Of a DNA stretch of 51,917 bases, positions 36,776 through 46,112 are shown in pieces (position 1 is the first letter of the stretch; every line of letters begins with the position of its first letter). Origin of the DNA: an uncultured Bacilli bacterium. Its GTDB lineage: Bacteria; Bacillota_I; Bacilli_A; RF39; UBA660. A model generated the notes under the pieces. That model was not told the origin of the DNA and did no database searches. It saw only the letters and a program-made list of their open reading frames with translations. Position numbers and translations under genes: made by a program. The stretch spans positions 1 through 51,917 of the forward strand of contig CALVQY010000003.1 in assembly GCA_944358355.1 (NCBI GenBank). Reading direction: 5' to 3'.

Positions 36776-37638
36776 TTTTTAAATCCTCCCTTAATAAATA
36801 TTCTAACATATAAAGTTATTAAAGTTAATTTTATTGTAAATTTTAATAAAAACATTTCTACTTTACTAGCATTGTTATAAACACTTTCAAAGTATAGTTG
36901 ACTTCTTTTTAGTATTTTAAATTTATTAATATAATTAATACTCTTATCAACACTAACAGAATGATCATGAATAATTGTTATGTTATTAGCAATAGCGGTT
37001 TTATAATTAGTATTTCTTAACTTACTAGCCATAATATTTTCTTCATAGTAAAGAAAAGTATTTTCATCAAAAAAGTTAACCTTTTCTAAGACTTCACTTT
37101 TTGTTAAGAAAAAGCAGAATGATAAGACATCTACATAAGTTAGTTCTCCTTTATAGTAATTATCAGGATAATAACTTTTCTTTTTAAATTTTCTTCCTAT
37201 GAAGGGTAAGTTACTAAGTATTTCACTTTTAGGAGTTGGAAAACACCACCCTCTATTTAGTCTTCCATGTTCAAAGACAACTGGTCCAAGAAGTCCTATA
37301 TCTTTTTTATCTAATAGTTTCTTTAATTCTTCTAAGTTTTCATTACTATTAATAATTATATCTGAATTAGAAAAGATAAAGTCTGCTTTCTTATATTTTT
37401 TCATTACTTCTTTAGCACCATAATTTAAGGCATAAGCGAAACCATTATTATGAAAAGTTCTAACAACAGTTAACTTATCTATTTTTAGTTTTTTTAACTT
37501 ATCATAAGAATCATCACTAGAGTGATTGTCAACAACATAGATATCATCAATTACTTTATAATCTTTGATATTATCTATAAGTCTTTTAGTTGTCTTATAA
37601 TCATTATAATTAACGATAACAAATACTAGCTTTCTCAT
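36772..37638 (-). CDS. Glycosyltransferase family 2 (rhamnosyltransferase-like)
   Basis: Motifs VIVNYN, VVDNHS.D, NSD and [11 protein letters not shown]. Confidence 0.88.
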   Translation of the reverse strand: MRKLVFVIVNYNDYKTTKRLIDNIKDYKVIDDIYVVDNHSSDDSYDKLKKLKIDKLTVVRTFHNNGFAYALNYGAKEVMKKYKKADFIFSNSDIIINSNENLEELKKLLDKKDIGLLGPVVFEHGRLNRGWCFPTPKSEILSNLPFIGRKFKKKSYYPDNYYKGELTYVDVLSFCFFLTKSEVLEKVNFFDENTFLYYEENIMASKLRNTNYKTAIANNITIIHDHSVSVDKSINYINKFKILKRSQLYFESVYNNASKVEMFLLKFTIKLTLITLYVRIFIKGGFKK

Positions 37639-38882
37639 TTTATTACCTCTTTTCTTTGAAATATCAATGCGACAAATATACTAACTGATGGTGCTAATAA
37701 GACATGACCTGTAATTAAAGATAGGATAATTATTAAGAAAAGTGATAAATAATTACATACTTTGGTAGGATTATCTTTTAGAGCTTTAGTATATTTAATG
37801 GCTTTTACTAAGAAATATACAAATATTGTCATATAGAGCGCGAACCCTACAATACCATGTCTAAATAGAATATCAAAATAATCCATTTCTATCATTTTTG
37901 TATCTTCTTCATTTTCATAATAACCTATACCAAAGATTTTTTCACTTACTTTAGATTCTTTATAGTCATTAAAGGTATTGTTTAGAAACTTTAATCTTGA
38001 ACTAAAGATGAAGTGATCAAATAGTTCATAGTCAGTAAAAACATCAAAGATACTATCTACTTTAAGAAAGTCTAAATGTATTTCAATATTCTTATAGAAA
38101 GCTGTCTTAGGTAAATTAATAACCATAAAACTAGTAAGTGCTACTAATAATAAGAGTAAAAGAGAAATCTTCTTATAATACTTTTCTTTTATTAAATAGA
38201 TAAAGTATATAATTAGAACTACTCCTATTATAATAAGAAAGGAAAGAAGTGGTCCTTTAGTACCAATACTTAAAATATCAAAGACTAATACTCCTACTAA
38301 TAGTACTGTTAGAATAAAATTTCTCTTATTATAAAGATATAATAGGAAAATAGGCATTAAAATCGAGATAATTGCACTAATTTCATTGGCAGTATTGAAA
38401 AAGCCAATACTTCCTGTTTTAGTTACTTCATAACTATCAAAACCTATTCCTAATATATCAGGAATAAAGATACCTAAGAGATAAATAATATAGACAGTTA
38501 TAATTGTTTTATCACTAATAAAGGCTTTATTTTCTTTACTAATAGCATAGAAGGATATTAGTAATATTGGCAGATAAAATGTTTTAAGGGCATTTTTCGC
38601 TTCGAAAAGTAAAATATTAATATCTTTATTTACACCCATAACTAATAAGAAGATAACTAAATAGATAAAGATACTACCTAGTATTAGTAATAAGTATTTT
38701 TTATCTTTTCTTTTATAAATAAATATTAGATAAAGTAGGCATATTAAGATAATAATAAATCTAACAATCATACCGATAGTAAAGTCTATGTTTAATACTT
38801 TAAGCATAAATGCTGTTAACATATCAAATAAAGGACTTAATATTAAAAACAATTCTATTAGTTTAACTATTTTTTCTTTCAT
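37635..38882 (-). CDS. O-antigen ligase/polymerase-like membrane protein
   Basis: Multiple TM helices; GFFNTANEIS, SIGTK, FSSR, EMDYFD and TGHVL. Confidence 0.8.
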   Translation of the reverse strand: MKEKIVKLIELFLILSPLFDMLTAFMLKVLNIDFTIGMIVRFIIILICLLYLIFIYKRKDKKYLLLILGSIFIYLVIFLLVMGVNKDINILLFEAKNALKTFYLPILLISFYAISKENKAFISDKTIITVYIIYLLGIFIPDILGIGFDSYEVTKTGSIGFFNTANEISAIISILMPIFLLYLYNKRNFILTVLLVGVLVFDILSIGTKGPLLSFLIIIGVVLIIYFIYLIKEKYYKKISLLLLLLVALTSFMVINLPKTAFYKNIEIHLDFLKVDSIFDVFTDYELFDHFIFSSRLKFLNNTFNDYKESKVSEKIFGIGYYENEEDTKMIEMDYFDILFRHGIVGFALYMTIFVYFLVKAIKYTKALKDNPTKVCNYLSLFLIIILSLITGHVLLAPSVSIFVALIFQRKEVIK

Positions 38883-38937
38883 AACAAAAAACCTTTCTAA
38901 TTACTTTAATAATAACATAGAAAAGATTCTTTTTAAA

Positions 38938-39843
38938 TTAATTTCTTCTATTTTTACTAACTAATTCTAAAGATGTAGTCAGTTGTTTAATTCTCTCAAC
39001 AATTCTCTTAGCTTTTACTTTAGAAACACCATCACTAGTAGTACTAAGATTTGTCTCTAATTCTTTTAAAGTTAAATTAGAAGTAAAGAAAGTTGGTAAT
39101 TCTTCTTCCATACGGTATTGAAGGATTGGTCCTAAGACTTCATCACGACTCCAAGAGGTTGTATTTTCTGCTCCTATATCATCTATAAGAAGTAAGGGAA
39201 CTGTTTTAATATAGTTAAATTTTTCTTCATAATCAGTTTGAAATGATGATTTTAAAGTTCTTAATAGTTCTGGATAATAAACTAAGGCTGAACTTATATC
39301 TTTTTTAGCAAGTTCATTGAATAAAGCAGCGATTAGATAGGTTTTACCACTTCCAAAAGAACCACTTAAATATAGACCTTTAACTTGTTTTTTATTTAGA
39401 TAATCATCTATAAATTCTTTAAAATATTTAAATATTGGCAATCTTTTATTATCATCACGATAGGCATCTTTAAAAGAAGCATTACTAATATCTTTAGGAA
39501 TATCAAAACATCTAATATTTTTCTTATAAGCATAGCTTTTTTCTTCTTTTATAAACTTTTTACAAGGTAAATAAGAAAAGTTAAGAGCATCATTATCTTT
39601 TATAGCAGTTAAAACATGGCCTTTTAAAGTATTAGGACATGATTTAAGGGAAGGACAGTTTTTACAATTTTCTTCTTCTTTAAGACAATCTTCAATATTA
39701 GATGTATAATTTATTAAAACATCATCACTTAAGTCTAATTTATCTACATATTCTTTAAATAAAGGATTGTTTAGGGCTTCTCCATAATAGCTTTTTAATT
39801 TGACTATATCAGTCTTCTTAACAATTGTATTAACTTTTCTCAT
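38938..39843 (-). CDS. dnaI: Primosomal helicase loader DnaI
   Basis: Zn motif CxxC...C...H; GSFGSGKT, LLIDDIGAE, RDEVLG.ILQYRM and TFFTSN. Confidence 0.92.
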   Translation of the reverse strand: MRKVNTIVKKTDIVKLKSYYGEALNNPLFKEYVDKLDLSDDVLINYTSNIEDCLKEEENCKNCPSLKSCPNTLKGHVLTAIKDNDALNFSYLPCKKFIKEEKSYAYKKNIRCFDIPKDISNASFKDAYRDDNKRLPIFKYFKEFIDDYLNKKQVKGLYLSGSFGSGKTYLIAALFNELAKKDISSALVYYPELLRTLKSSFQTDYEEKFNYIKTVPLLLIDDIGAENTTSWSRDEVLGPILQYRMEEELPTFFTSNLTLKELETNLSTTSDGVSKVKAKRIVERIKQLTTSLELVSKNRRN

Positions 39844-39931
39844 ATATCACTACCTACTTTCTTAATGTCTGTAAACATATTTTATCACTGTTACTTAAAA
39901 TTAGACAAGAGAAAAGATTAAAGTCAAAACC

Positions 39932-40468
39932 TTAATCTTCATATAATCCATGTATCTTTTCTAAATCTTCATTATCTATTTTTTCTAATACCCATTTTTT
40001 ATTATCTTTTACTAAATCAAAATTAATAGTATAACTAGCTTTATCAGTAACTTCTTTCATAGCATTTATTCTATAGTGATCTATTTTTTCTTCACTAGGT
40101 TCCTTATCATCATCTAAAAATTCATCAGGATGTTCTTCAATATAATCATCCGCTTCTGTTAGAGCATTGTTATAATCAAATACTTCTAATTCTACGATAA
40201 CAGTCGCATCATCTCCATCCGTTTGTTCATTCTTTATTTTATAAGATAGATTTTGATATTGCTTTATCATTAGTTCTTTATATTCTTCTTTATACTTTTC
40301 ACTATAATCACTATTATCTACTACTTCATCTAATTCTGTAAGAACACTACTATCTAATATTTGATATTTCCCAAGATATTCCTCTACTCTTTTAGTTGGA
40401 GTGTTCATCATATCATTACAGCCAGTTAAAAATATAAATATTACTAATAATGCTAAAACTTTTTTCAT
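39932..40468 (-). CDS. Putative lipoprotein
   Basis: Lipobox FLTG/C. Confidence 0.75.
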   Translation of the reverse strand: MKKVLALLVIFIFLTGCNDMMNTPTKRVEEYLGKYQILDSSVLTELDEVVDNSDYSEKYKEEYKELMIKQYQNLSYKIKNEQTDGDDATVIVELEVFDYNNALTEADDYIEEHPDEFLDDDKEPSEEKIDHYRINAMKEVTDKASYTINFDLVKDNKKWVLEKIDNEDLEKIHGLYED

Positions 40469-40516
40469 TTTTCTTCACCTCTAGTAGTAATATTTACATT
40501 AATTAACAAAATATAC

Positions 40517-41170
40517 CTATTTTTTCTTAATAGTTGTTAGTTTTAATAAACTATATAACTTATTATGAAAGTCATTATAATCTTTTTCTATTTCTAATTT
40601 TAATTTATCTATTTTAGTTGCAAAATCTAAATTTTCTTTAGAAAAGAATTCTTCATATAAATAATTTAATTTTGATATTTCTTTATTACTCTTTATTTTC
40701 TTTAATTCTTTAAATAAAAACTCTTTTATTTCCTTTTCTCTTCTAGTTAAATATAACTCTTCTTTACTAGTATCTAAAACTTCATATTTTAAATCTGTCT
40801 TTTCTAAATCTTCTACTATATCTAATACTTCTTCTTCTTCATCTAAAAGCATAGCACTTTTATATAGAACTTCTCCTTTATTATTTAACTCTAATGCTAT
40901 AGCTTTCTTATTATTTGAGACTATTACAGCATAATCTATGATATCTATATCATTATGAAAATACCCTTCAGCTTTATTTTTTATTTTACTTAAGAATGAT
41001 ATATCTATTTTAAGTTTAGAAGTTAATAAGTCTTTTATTACTTTATCACTAACCCTAAAAATAGGAATTTTTTTTATGTGTTCTAAATCATCTTCTAAAT
41101 TCCATTCAAAAAACTCTATTAAATGTAAATTTTTAGTCCAGTTAAGGAGAATATCATAAGTATAAATCAT
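40517..41170 (-). CDS. DUF3603 / YjbA-like protein
   Basis: YDILLNW...FFEW..ED..EHIKKIP and KS.ML.DEE. Confidence 0.7.
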   Translation of the reverse strand: MIYTYDILLNWTKNLHLIEFFEWNLEDDLEHIKKIPIFRVSDKVIKDLLTSKLKIDISFLSKIKNKAEGYFHNDIDIIDYAVIVSNNKKAIALELNNKGEVLYKSAMLLDEEEEVLDIVEDLEKTDLKYEVLDTSKEELYLTRREKEIKEFLFKELKKIKSNKEISKLNYLYEEFFSKENLDFATKIDKLKLEIEKDYNDFHNKLYSLLKLTTIKKK

Positions 41171-41373
41171 TTTTTCTTTTCCTTTCTATATAAAGATATT
41201 AATAGTAATATAATACCTAGTAGTAAAATATAAGTTTTAAAGTTTGTAGTCATAAAAAGTAAATACTCTTTAAATGAATAACCAAATGTGAATAGGTTAA
41301 AGTAAATAATAAAATAGAAAAAACCCATAGTAGTAAGGATAAACCCTATTATACCTATAATTATATTTTTTAT
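41167..41373 (-). CDS. Small 2-TM membrane protein (YizD-like) with non-ATG start; missing from the ORF track
   Basis: 68 codons, IKNIIIGIIGFILTTMGFFYFIIYFNLFTFGYSFKEYLLF...RKEKKK*. SD AGGTGA precedes ATT/ATA, and the stop overlaps the next ATG (ATGA). Confidence 0.65.
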   Translation of the reverse strand: MKNIIIGIIGFILTTMGFFYFIIYFNLFTFGYSFKEYLLFMTTNFKTYILLLGIILLLISLYRKEKKK

Positions 41374-41419
41374 AATATCACCTAATATAATTTATTCTAT
41401 TTTACTATTTTTAGTATTA

Positions 41420-41451
41420 AAAAAAATTGTTAAATTATACTTAACAATTTT
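41420..41451 (-). terminator. Intrinsic terminator after rmuC
   Basis: AAAATTGTTAA-loop-TTAACAATTTT with a T run on the minus strand. Confidence 0.6.
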
Positions 41452-42518
41452 CATTCTATTTCTTTTACATCTTTAAATTCAACTTTATTAATACTTTCAA
41501 ACTTTTTACTTATTTTATCTGTTGTAATAGAGACATTTTCAACATCCTTATTTACAGCTTGAATGCTTCTTGATAGTTTATCCCAACGTTCTTTATATCT
41601 TGCAAACTCTAGACTTAATTTATTTAATTCTTCATGAATAATAGATGTATATTTATCTTTTTCCATATTTTTGATAATCATTTGAATTACAGTTAGAGTT
41701 GACATTAAAGTAGTTGGACTAGTTAACCATACTCTTCTTTTATAAGCATATTCTATTAAATCAGGATGATGAGCATTAAGTTCTGCAAATATTGCTTCAG
41801 CTGGTAAAAACATAATTGCTTGGTCACTTGTTACTCCATCTATTATATATTTACTACTAATAGCATCAATATGTTTTTTGACATCAGCTTTAAAAGCTTT
41901 AGTAGCAGATTCTCTTTCACTCTTAGATAAATCTGTATTTACCATTATTTGATAATGCTCTAAAGGAAATTTAGAGTCTATAGCGATAGTTCCTAAAGGA
42001 TCAGGTGCAAAAAGAACAGAATCAGCGATAGTACCATTAGGTAGAGTATATTGCAATCTATAAATAGAATCATTCTTTTCTCCAAAGACATTTACTAAAA
42101 TATGTTTTAGATTAACTTCACCATAGATACCTCTTGTCTTTTTATCAGTTAAAATACTTTGTAAAGAGATAATATCAGTAGATAGTGTATCTATCTTCTT
42201 TTGAGCTTCATCTATCTTACTAAGACGTTCTATTACTGAGGTAAATGTTTTATTAGTCTTTTCAAAGTTTTGATTAATACGTTCATTAACTGCCTCATTG
42301 ATAGCAAGTAATCTTTTCTCTAAACTTTCATTTAATTTAGTAAAATCTTCATTTAAATTTCTAGTTAAACCATCCTTAAATTCATTTAATTCTTTAATAG
42401 TATTAATCTCCAAATTATTAAGTCTATCTGTTATTTTAGACTCATTAATATTTTTCATAAGTGATATAACTATTAATATTATTATTAATACAAGTAATCC
42501 TATAATTAAGTAATCCAT
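41451..42518 (-). CDS. rmuC: DNA recombination protein RmuC
   Basis: TM plus coiled coil; KTRGIYGE, IDSKFP, ISSKYI and MFLPAE. GGAGG SD before the ATG at 42518. Confidence 0.92.
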   Translation of the reverse strand: MDYLIIGLLVLIIILIVISLMKNINESKITDRLNNLEINTIKELNEFKDGLTRNLNEDFTKLNESLEKRLLAINEAVNERINQNFEKTNKTFTSVIERLSKIDEAQKKIDTLSTDIISLQSILTDKKTRGIYGEVNLKHILVNVFGEKNDSIYRLQYTLPNGTIADSVLFAPDPLGTIAIDSKFPLEHYQIMVNTDLSKSERESATKAFKADVKKHIDAISSKYIIDGVTSDQAIMFLPAEAIFAELNAHHPDLIEYAYKRRVWLTSPTTLMSTLTVIQMIIKNMEKDKYTSIIHEELNKLSLEFARYKERWDKLSRSIQAVNKDVENVSITTDKISKKFESINKVEFKDVKEIE

Positions 42519-42572
42519 ATATAAATCCTCCCATATATATAATATACAGTTAGAACAAATTTTCGTCAAGAA

Positions 42573-42848
42573 TTATTTCTCATAACCTTTCTTTATACTA
42601 TAAGTATGATAGCCTTTATTATTTAAAATAGTTGACAATCTTTTACTATTAAAACCTGTTTCGCAGATTAAGTAATATGTTTTATCTAAAGATAGATACT
42701 TATCAGGCATTGTTCTTAAAACTCTTAAAGGAATATTAATAGATCCCTTAAGATGGTCTCTTTCATATAAATAATGTTCTCTAATATCAATTATATTAAT
42801 ATTATCTAAATATTTAATATCTTCATAATCTATTTCCATACATAACAC
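42573..42848 (-). CDS. Rhodanese-like domain protein
   Basis: Motifs IIDIRE, HLKGSINIP and ICETG. Confidence 0.85.
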   Translation of the reverse strand: MLCMEIDYEDIKYLDNINIIDIREHYLYERDHLKGSINIPLRVLRTMPDKYLSLDKTYYLICETGFNSKRLSTILNNKGYHTYSIKKGYEK

Positions 42849-42892
42849 CGTTATATTATATGAAAAAAAGAAAAAAGAGGTAATAATCTAAC

Positions 42893-43154
42893 CTACATAA
42901 GCTTTGCTATTTGTTTTTTAGATAACCCAGTTAGTTCACTAATTAGAGGTATATCCATTTTTTTAGCAAGCATTGATTTAGCAATAGATTTCTTCTCATT
43001 ATTAGCACTGTTTTTTACAACTTTTTTTAATACCTTCTTTCTCTCCTTCTGCTTTAAGACTATTCATCATCTTTTCATTTTCTTCTGCTTCATCATAAAG
43101 ACCTACTGTATTAATATCTAAACTTAATCTTTTTAATTCATTAGCAACTTCCAT
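42893..43154 (-). pseudogene. Second, frameshifted copy of the Rpn C-terminal module (RpnS-like) with a different tail
   Basis: MEVANELKRL...EGIKK, then a +1 shift near the A7 run (43022-43028) to ...ANNEKKSIAKSMLAKKMDIPLISELTGLSKKQIAKLM*. Confidence 0.75.
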
Positions 43155-43435
43155 TAATTCAACATCTCCTTACCTAAGATTTACTACTTGTTTTTTTGAA
43201 AGGCCTGTATATTCACACACTTTAGGAATAGGTAATCCATCTTTAAGAAGATTCTTAGCAATAGATTTTTTCTCATTATTAGCGCCTTTTTTGATACCTT
43301 CTTTCTCTCCTTCTGCTTTAAGACTATTCATCATCTTTTCATTCTCCTCTGCTTCATCATAAAGACCTACTGTATTAATATCTAAACTTAATCTTTTTAA
43401 TTCATTAGCAACTTCCATTAATTCAACATCTCCTT
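43030..43435. repeat. 142-bp direct repeat (43030-43171 and 43294-43435) with 2 mismatches
   Basis: Direct comparison of the two segments. Confidence 0.9.
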
Positions 43436-44054
43436 CCGCTATTCTCTCTATTTCATCTATTTTTCTTAATCTTAATATTAACATTTCTTTTTCTAGTTTA
43501 CTAAGTTCTAATCCTTTTTTATACTTCTTATAAACTTTCTTAAAACTTAAATGGTATTTTTCCCATTTTACACTTTCTACTACCCCATTTTCATCTCTTG
43601 ATTTAAAGACTTCTTTTACATTCTTCTTATTAAGATGATTAAAATTATTTAAATTTATCTGTATTGCTTTTGGCATATTCTCATAAGTATAATTTTTATT
43701 AGATATATCTATTTTTATTTTATCTAAGTAATCATCATTTCTAATTATAGTCGCTAAACTATATCTATTGTTTAACTCATAGTTGATAATGTAACCCTCT
43801 ATACCAAATAGTATATCAGATCTTTTTCCACGTTCTAAAGCGTTACTTATAACAAATTCCGTATTCTTTTCATAATAAGTTTTAAGTATTAAATCTTTAG
43901 GTATATCAGTTATCCTGTAAGTCATATCTGCTTTAAAAAGCAAACAATTAGTCATAATAGATTTATAAATATAATCATTACTGGCAGAAAAGACTTCTCC
44001 CTTTTCTTGTAACTCTTTTATTCTTTCTTCTGGAGTCTTTTTTGACGATTTCAA
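43170..44054 (-). CDS. Rpn family / PD-(D/E)XK nuclease (PDDEXK_2-like)
   Basis: ND..YK, KRSDIL...IINYELN and AIQINLNNF; C-terminal EG.KEG.KKG...IAKNLL..G.....V..YTGLS. Confidence 0.75.
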   Translation of the reverse strand: MKSSKKTPEERIKELQEKGEVFSASNDYIYKSIMTNCLLFKADMTYRITDIPKDLILKTYYEKNTEFVISNALERGKRSDILFGIEGYIINYELNNRYSLATIIRNDDYLDKIKIDISNKNYTYENMPKAIQINLNNFNHLNKKNVKEVFKSRDENGVVESVKWEKYHLSFKKVYKKYKKGLELSKLEKEMLILRLRKIDEIERIAEGDVELMEVANELKRLSLDINTVGLYDEAEENEKMMNSLKAEGEKEGIKKGANNEKKSIAKNLLKDGLPIPKVCEYTGLSKKQVVNLR

Positions 44055-44311
44055 CTAATCATCTCCTTTCTGCAATACATATATCATAATCTAAAATACA
44101 TTGCAAAAAGGCAATTTTGTAAATTCAAGAAAATTAGAACTTCAATTTTTAATTTTCTCTAGGCGAATTTTCAATTTTGAACTCTAAAAATACCCTCAAT
44201 TTACAAAATTCATACTTTTTTATTTTTTTACATCACTCCTTCTTTTCCATCTTCTAGTAAAGTCTCCCATATATTTATAAAGTATCATAATAGATAACAT
44301 TAGTCAAGAGG

Positions 44312-44339
44312 AAAAAGAGCAGCTGGGTAGTTGCTCTTT
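44312..44339 (-). terminator. Intrinsic terminator after the DUF285 surface protein gene
   Basis: AAAGAGCAAC-loop-GCTGCTCTTTTT on the minus strand. Confidence 0.65.
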
Positions 44340-44358
44340 AATGTTTCTTTGTAATCCT

Positions 44359-45930
44359 TTATACATAAGTAAAGTCAGTTACTCCACTATCTGCAATAGT
44401 AGAATTAGGTATAGTCCAAGTATCTCTTGTTACAAGTATCTCTGTTATGTTAGCCATATCATTAAACATTGTATTATAACTCGTTACTTTAGAAGTATCA
44501 AAACTTGTTAAATCTAAGTGAGTAAGATTCTCACAATGCTGAAACATCTGGGACATAGAAGTAACATTCGAAGTGTCAAAGTTACTTAAGTCTAAATCTG
44601 TTAAACTTCTACAGCCATAAAACATTTGAGACATTATAGTTACTTTATTTGTATTAAAGGAACTAACGTCTAAATTATTTAAATATCTACAATATGAAAA
44701 CATCATTGACATATTAGTAACATTTGAGGTGTCAAAATTTTTTCCAAATACTACTTTTGTTAAAGACATATAAGTGTTACTTGAAAACATACTGCCAGAA
44801 AACATCATTGACATACTAGTAACATTTGAGGTATCAAATGAACTTAAATCTAATACTGTTAAACTTCTACAATCATAAAACATCATTGACATATTAGTAA
44901 CATTTGAGGTGTCAAAATAATCACTAAAAATTATATTGTTTAACAATTTATTACCTGTACCAAGCACAGCAGATCCAACAGATCCAAACATAGAAGACAT
45001 ATCAGTAGTTAAACTTGTATTCAAATAACTTAAATCCATTGTAATACAATTGGGAAAGCCATCAAAATATTGTTGCATATTAGTATTAGCAATTATACTA
45101 CCTTCTCCACCTATTGTTACTTTATATGTTCCAGCACCTGTTCCGTCATCTTCTATATATGCTATTACACTTTCATTTTGTTTCTCTGATATATCCCAAC
45201 TTTCTATTACTCCTTCTGGTATTATTGTATCGCCTTTTGTTACTATACTTGTTATTTTACTTTTATATTCATCAGTGTGAAAGTCACTAGGATTACTGGA
45301 ATCATATGCCATCATCATTCTATCTTCCATGGATAAGCCATCTTTTCCATAGACATTTATTTGTACTGAAAAAGTAAGATTTCCTCCATCTCCTTGTGGA
45401 TTATAATCTTCATCTACATACATTCTAAGTCTATATCTATTACTTTCACTAGAATTCATACTACTTGTATATAAACTCATCTCTCCTGATGGACGTCCTG
45501 TATAACTATTAGTAGTACTCTCTTCACTATATACTCTAGGTGTCATTATTTCTTCTTCACCATCATCTGTTAATCTTGTTAGATATAACTTTATATTAGA
45601 ACCATCTATTGTTCCATTACCTACTTCTTTAGCACTTATTTCATAGTTAATATTTACATCCCCTGTAATAGTACTACTTACAGTAAAATCAAAATATTCT
45701 CCAGAATTTAATCGTTTTTTTCCTGTCTCATCAGTTGTTGGTAGGGCTCCGTTTAAACTAATAGTATTACTACTTTCTTCATAACTCATTGTAATAGAAC
45801 CTGTTGTTATTGTATTTAGCTTAGTTCCTTCTCCTGTAAATCTAAAGGCTGCGTATGATACTCCTAACACTGCTATTATTAATACTACCATTAATCCTAA
45901 TATTACTACTTCTTTCTTTTTATTTACCAT
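44359..45930 (-). CDS. Modular exported surface protein: SipW-type signal, TasA/CalY-like N-domain, BspA/DUF285 leucine-rich repeats
   Basis: GVSYA/AF; N-domain shared with 5433-7142; repeats of LDLS.FDTSNVT.MS.MF..C..L. Confidence 0.85.
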   Translation of the reverse strand: MVNKKKEVVILGLMVVLIIAVLGVSYAAFRFTGEGTKLNTITTGSITMSYEESSNTISLNGALPTTDETGKKRLNSGEYFDFTVSSTITGDVNINYEISAKEVGNGTIDGSNIKLYLTRLTDDGEEEIMTPRVYSEESTTNSYTGRPSGEMSLYTSSMNSSESNRYRLRMYVDEDYNPQGDGGNLTFSVQINVYGKDGLSMEDRMMMAYDSSNPSDFHTDEYKSKITSIVTKGDTIIPEGVIESWDISEKQNESVIAYIEDDGTGAGTYKVTIGGEGSIIANTNMQQYFDGFPNCITMDLSYLNTSLTTDMSSMFGSVGSAVLGTGNKLLNNIIFSDYFDTSNVTNMSMMFYDCRSLTVLDLSSFDTSNVTSMSMMFSGSMFSSNTYMSLTKVVFGKNFDTSNVTNMSMMFSYCRYLNNLDVSSFNTNKVTIMSQMFYGCRSLTDLDLSNFDTSNVTSMSQMFQHCENLTHLDLTSFDTSKVTSYNTMFNDMANITEILVTRDTWTIPNSTIADSGVTDFTYV

Positions 45931-45966
45931 TTTTACTCCTCCTCCATTATTTTTTTTCTACACATC

Positions 45967-45997
45967 AAAAAGAACAGAATATAATTATCCTGCTCTT
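45967..45997 (-). terminator. Terminator/attenuator hairpin of leader copy 3
   Basis: AAGAGCAGGATA-ATTA-TATTCTGTTCTT followed by TTT, 36 nt upstream of the 45930 start. Confidence 0.75.
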
Positions 45998-46039
45998 ATA
46001 TCATAATGAAAGAAAGTAATTATCTTACTATTTCTATGT

Positions 46040-46087
46040 CTAAACTGCCCCCCCCCAGGTAACAAGTTGTAAACAAATTCTTCTCAT
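46040..46087 (-). CDS. Leader peptide uORF copy 3 (MRRICLQLVTWGGAV*); the +1 frame extends to 45985 ending TFFHYDIRAG*
   Basis: SD GAAAGAGGG; G9 tract at 46048-46056. Confidence 0.65.
   Translation of the reverse strand: MRRICLQLVTWGGAV
46048..46056 (-). repeat. G9 homopolymer tract in leader uORF
   Basis: ccccccccc on the + strand. Confidence 0.95.
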
Positions 46088-46112
46088 TTTTTAACCCTCT
46101 TTCTCATTATCT

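Noticed and set aside
43030-43435. DGR template/variable repeat pair
   Set aside because: Only two mismatches, both synonymous A/G at third codon positions; no reverse transcriptase; better explained as an Rpn C-terminal duplication.
44100-44260. Inverted repeat AATTTTGTAAATT...AATTTACAAAATT upstream of the Rpn gene as a structured RNA
   Set aside because: AT-rich and single copy; cannot be distinguished from chance.
44697-44918. Near-identical ~40-bp DNA repeats
   Set aside because: They are ordinary coding repeats of the DUF285 LRR units.
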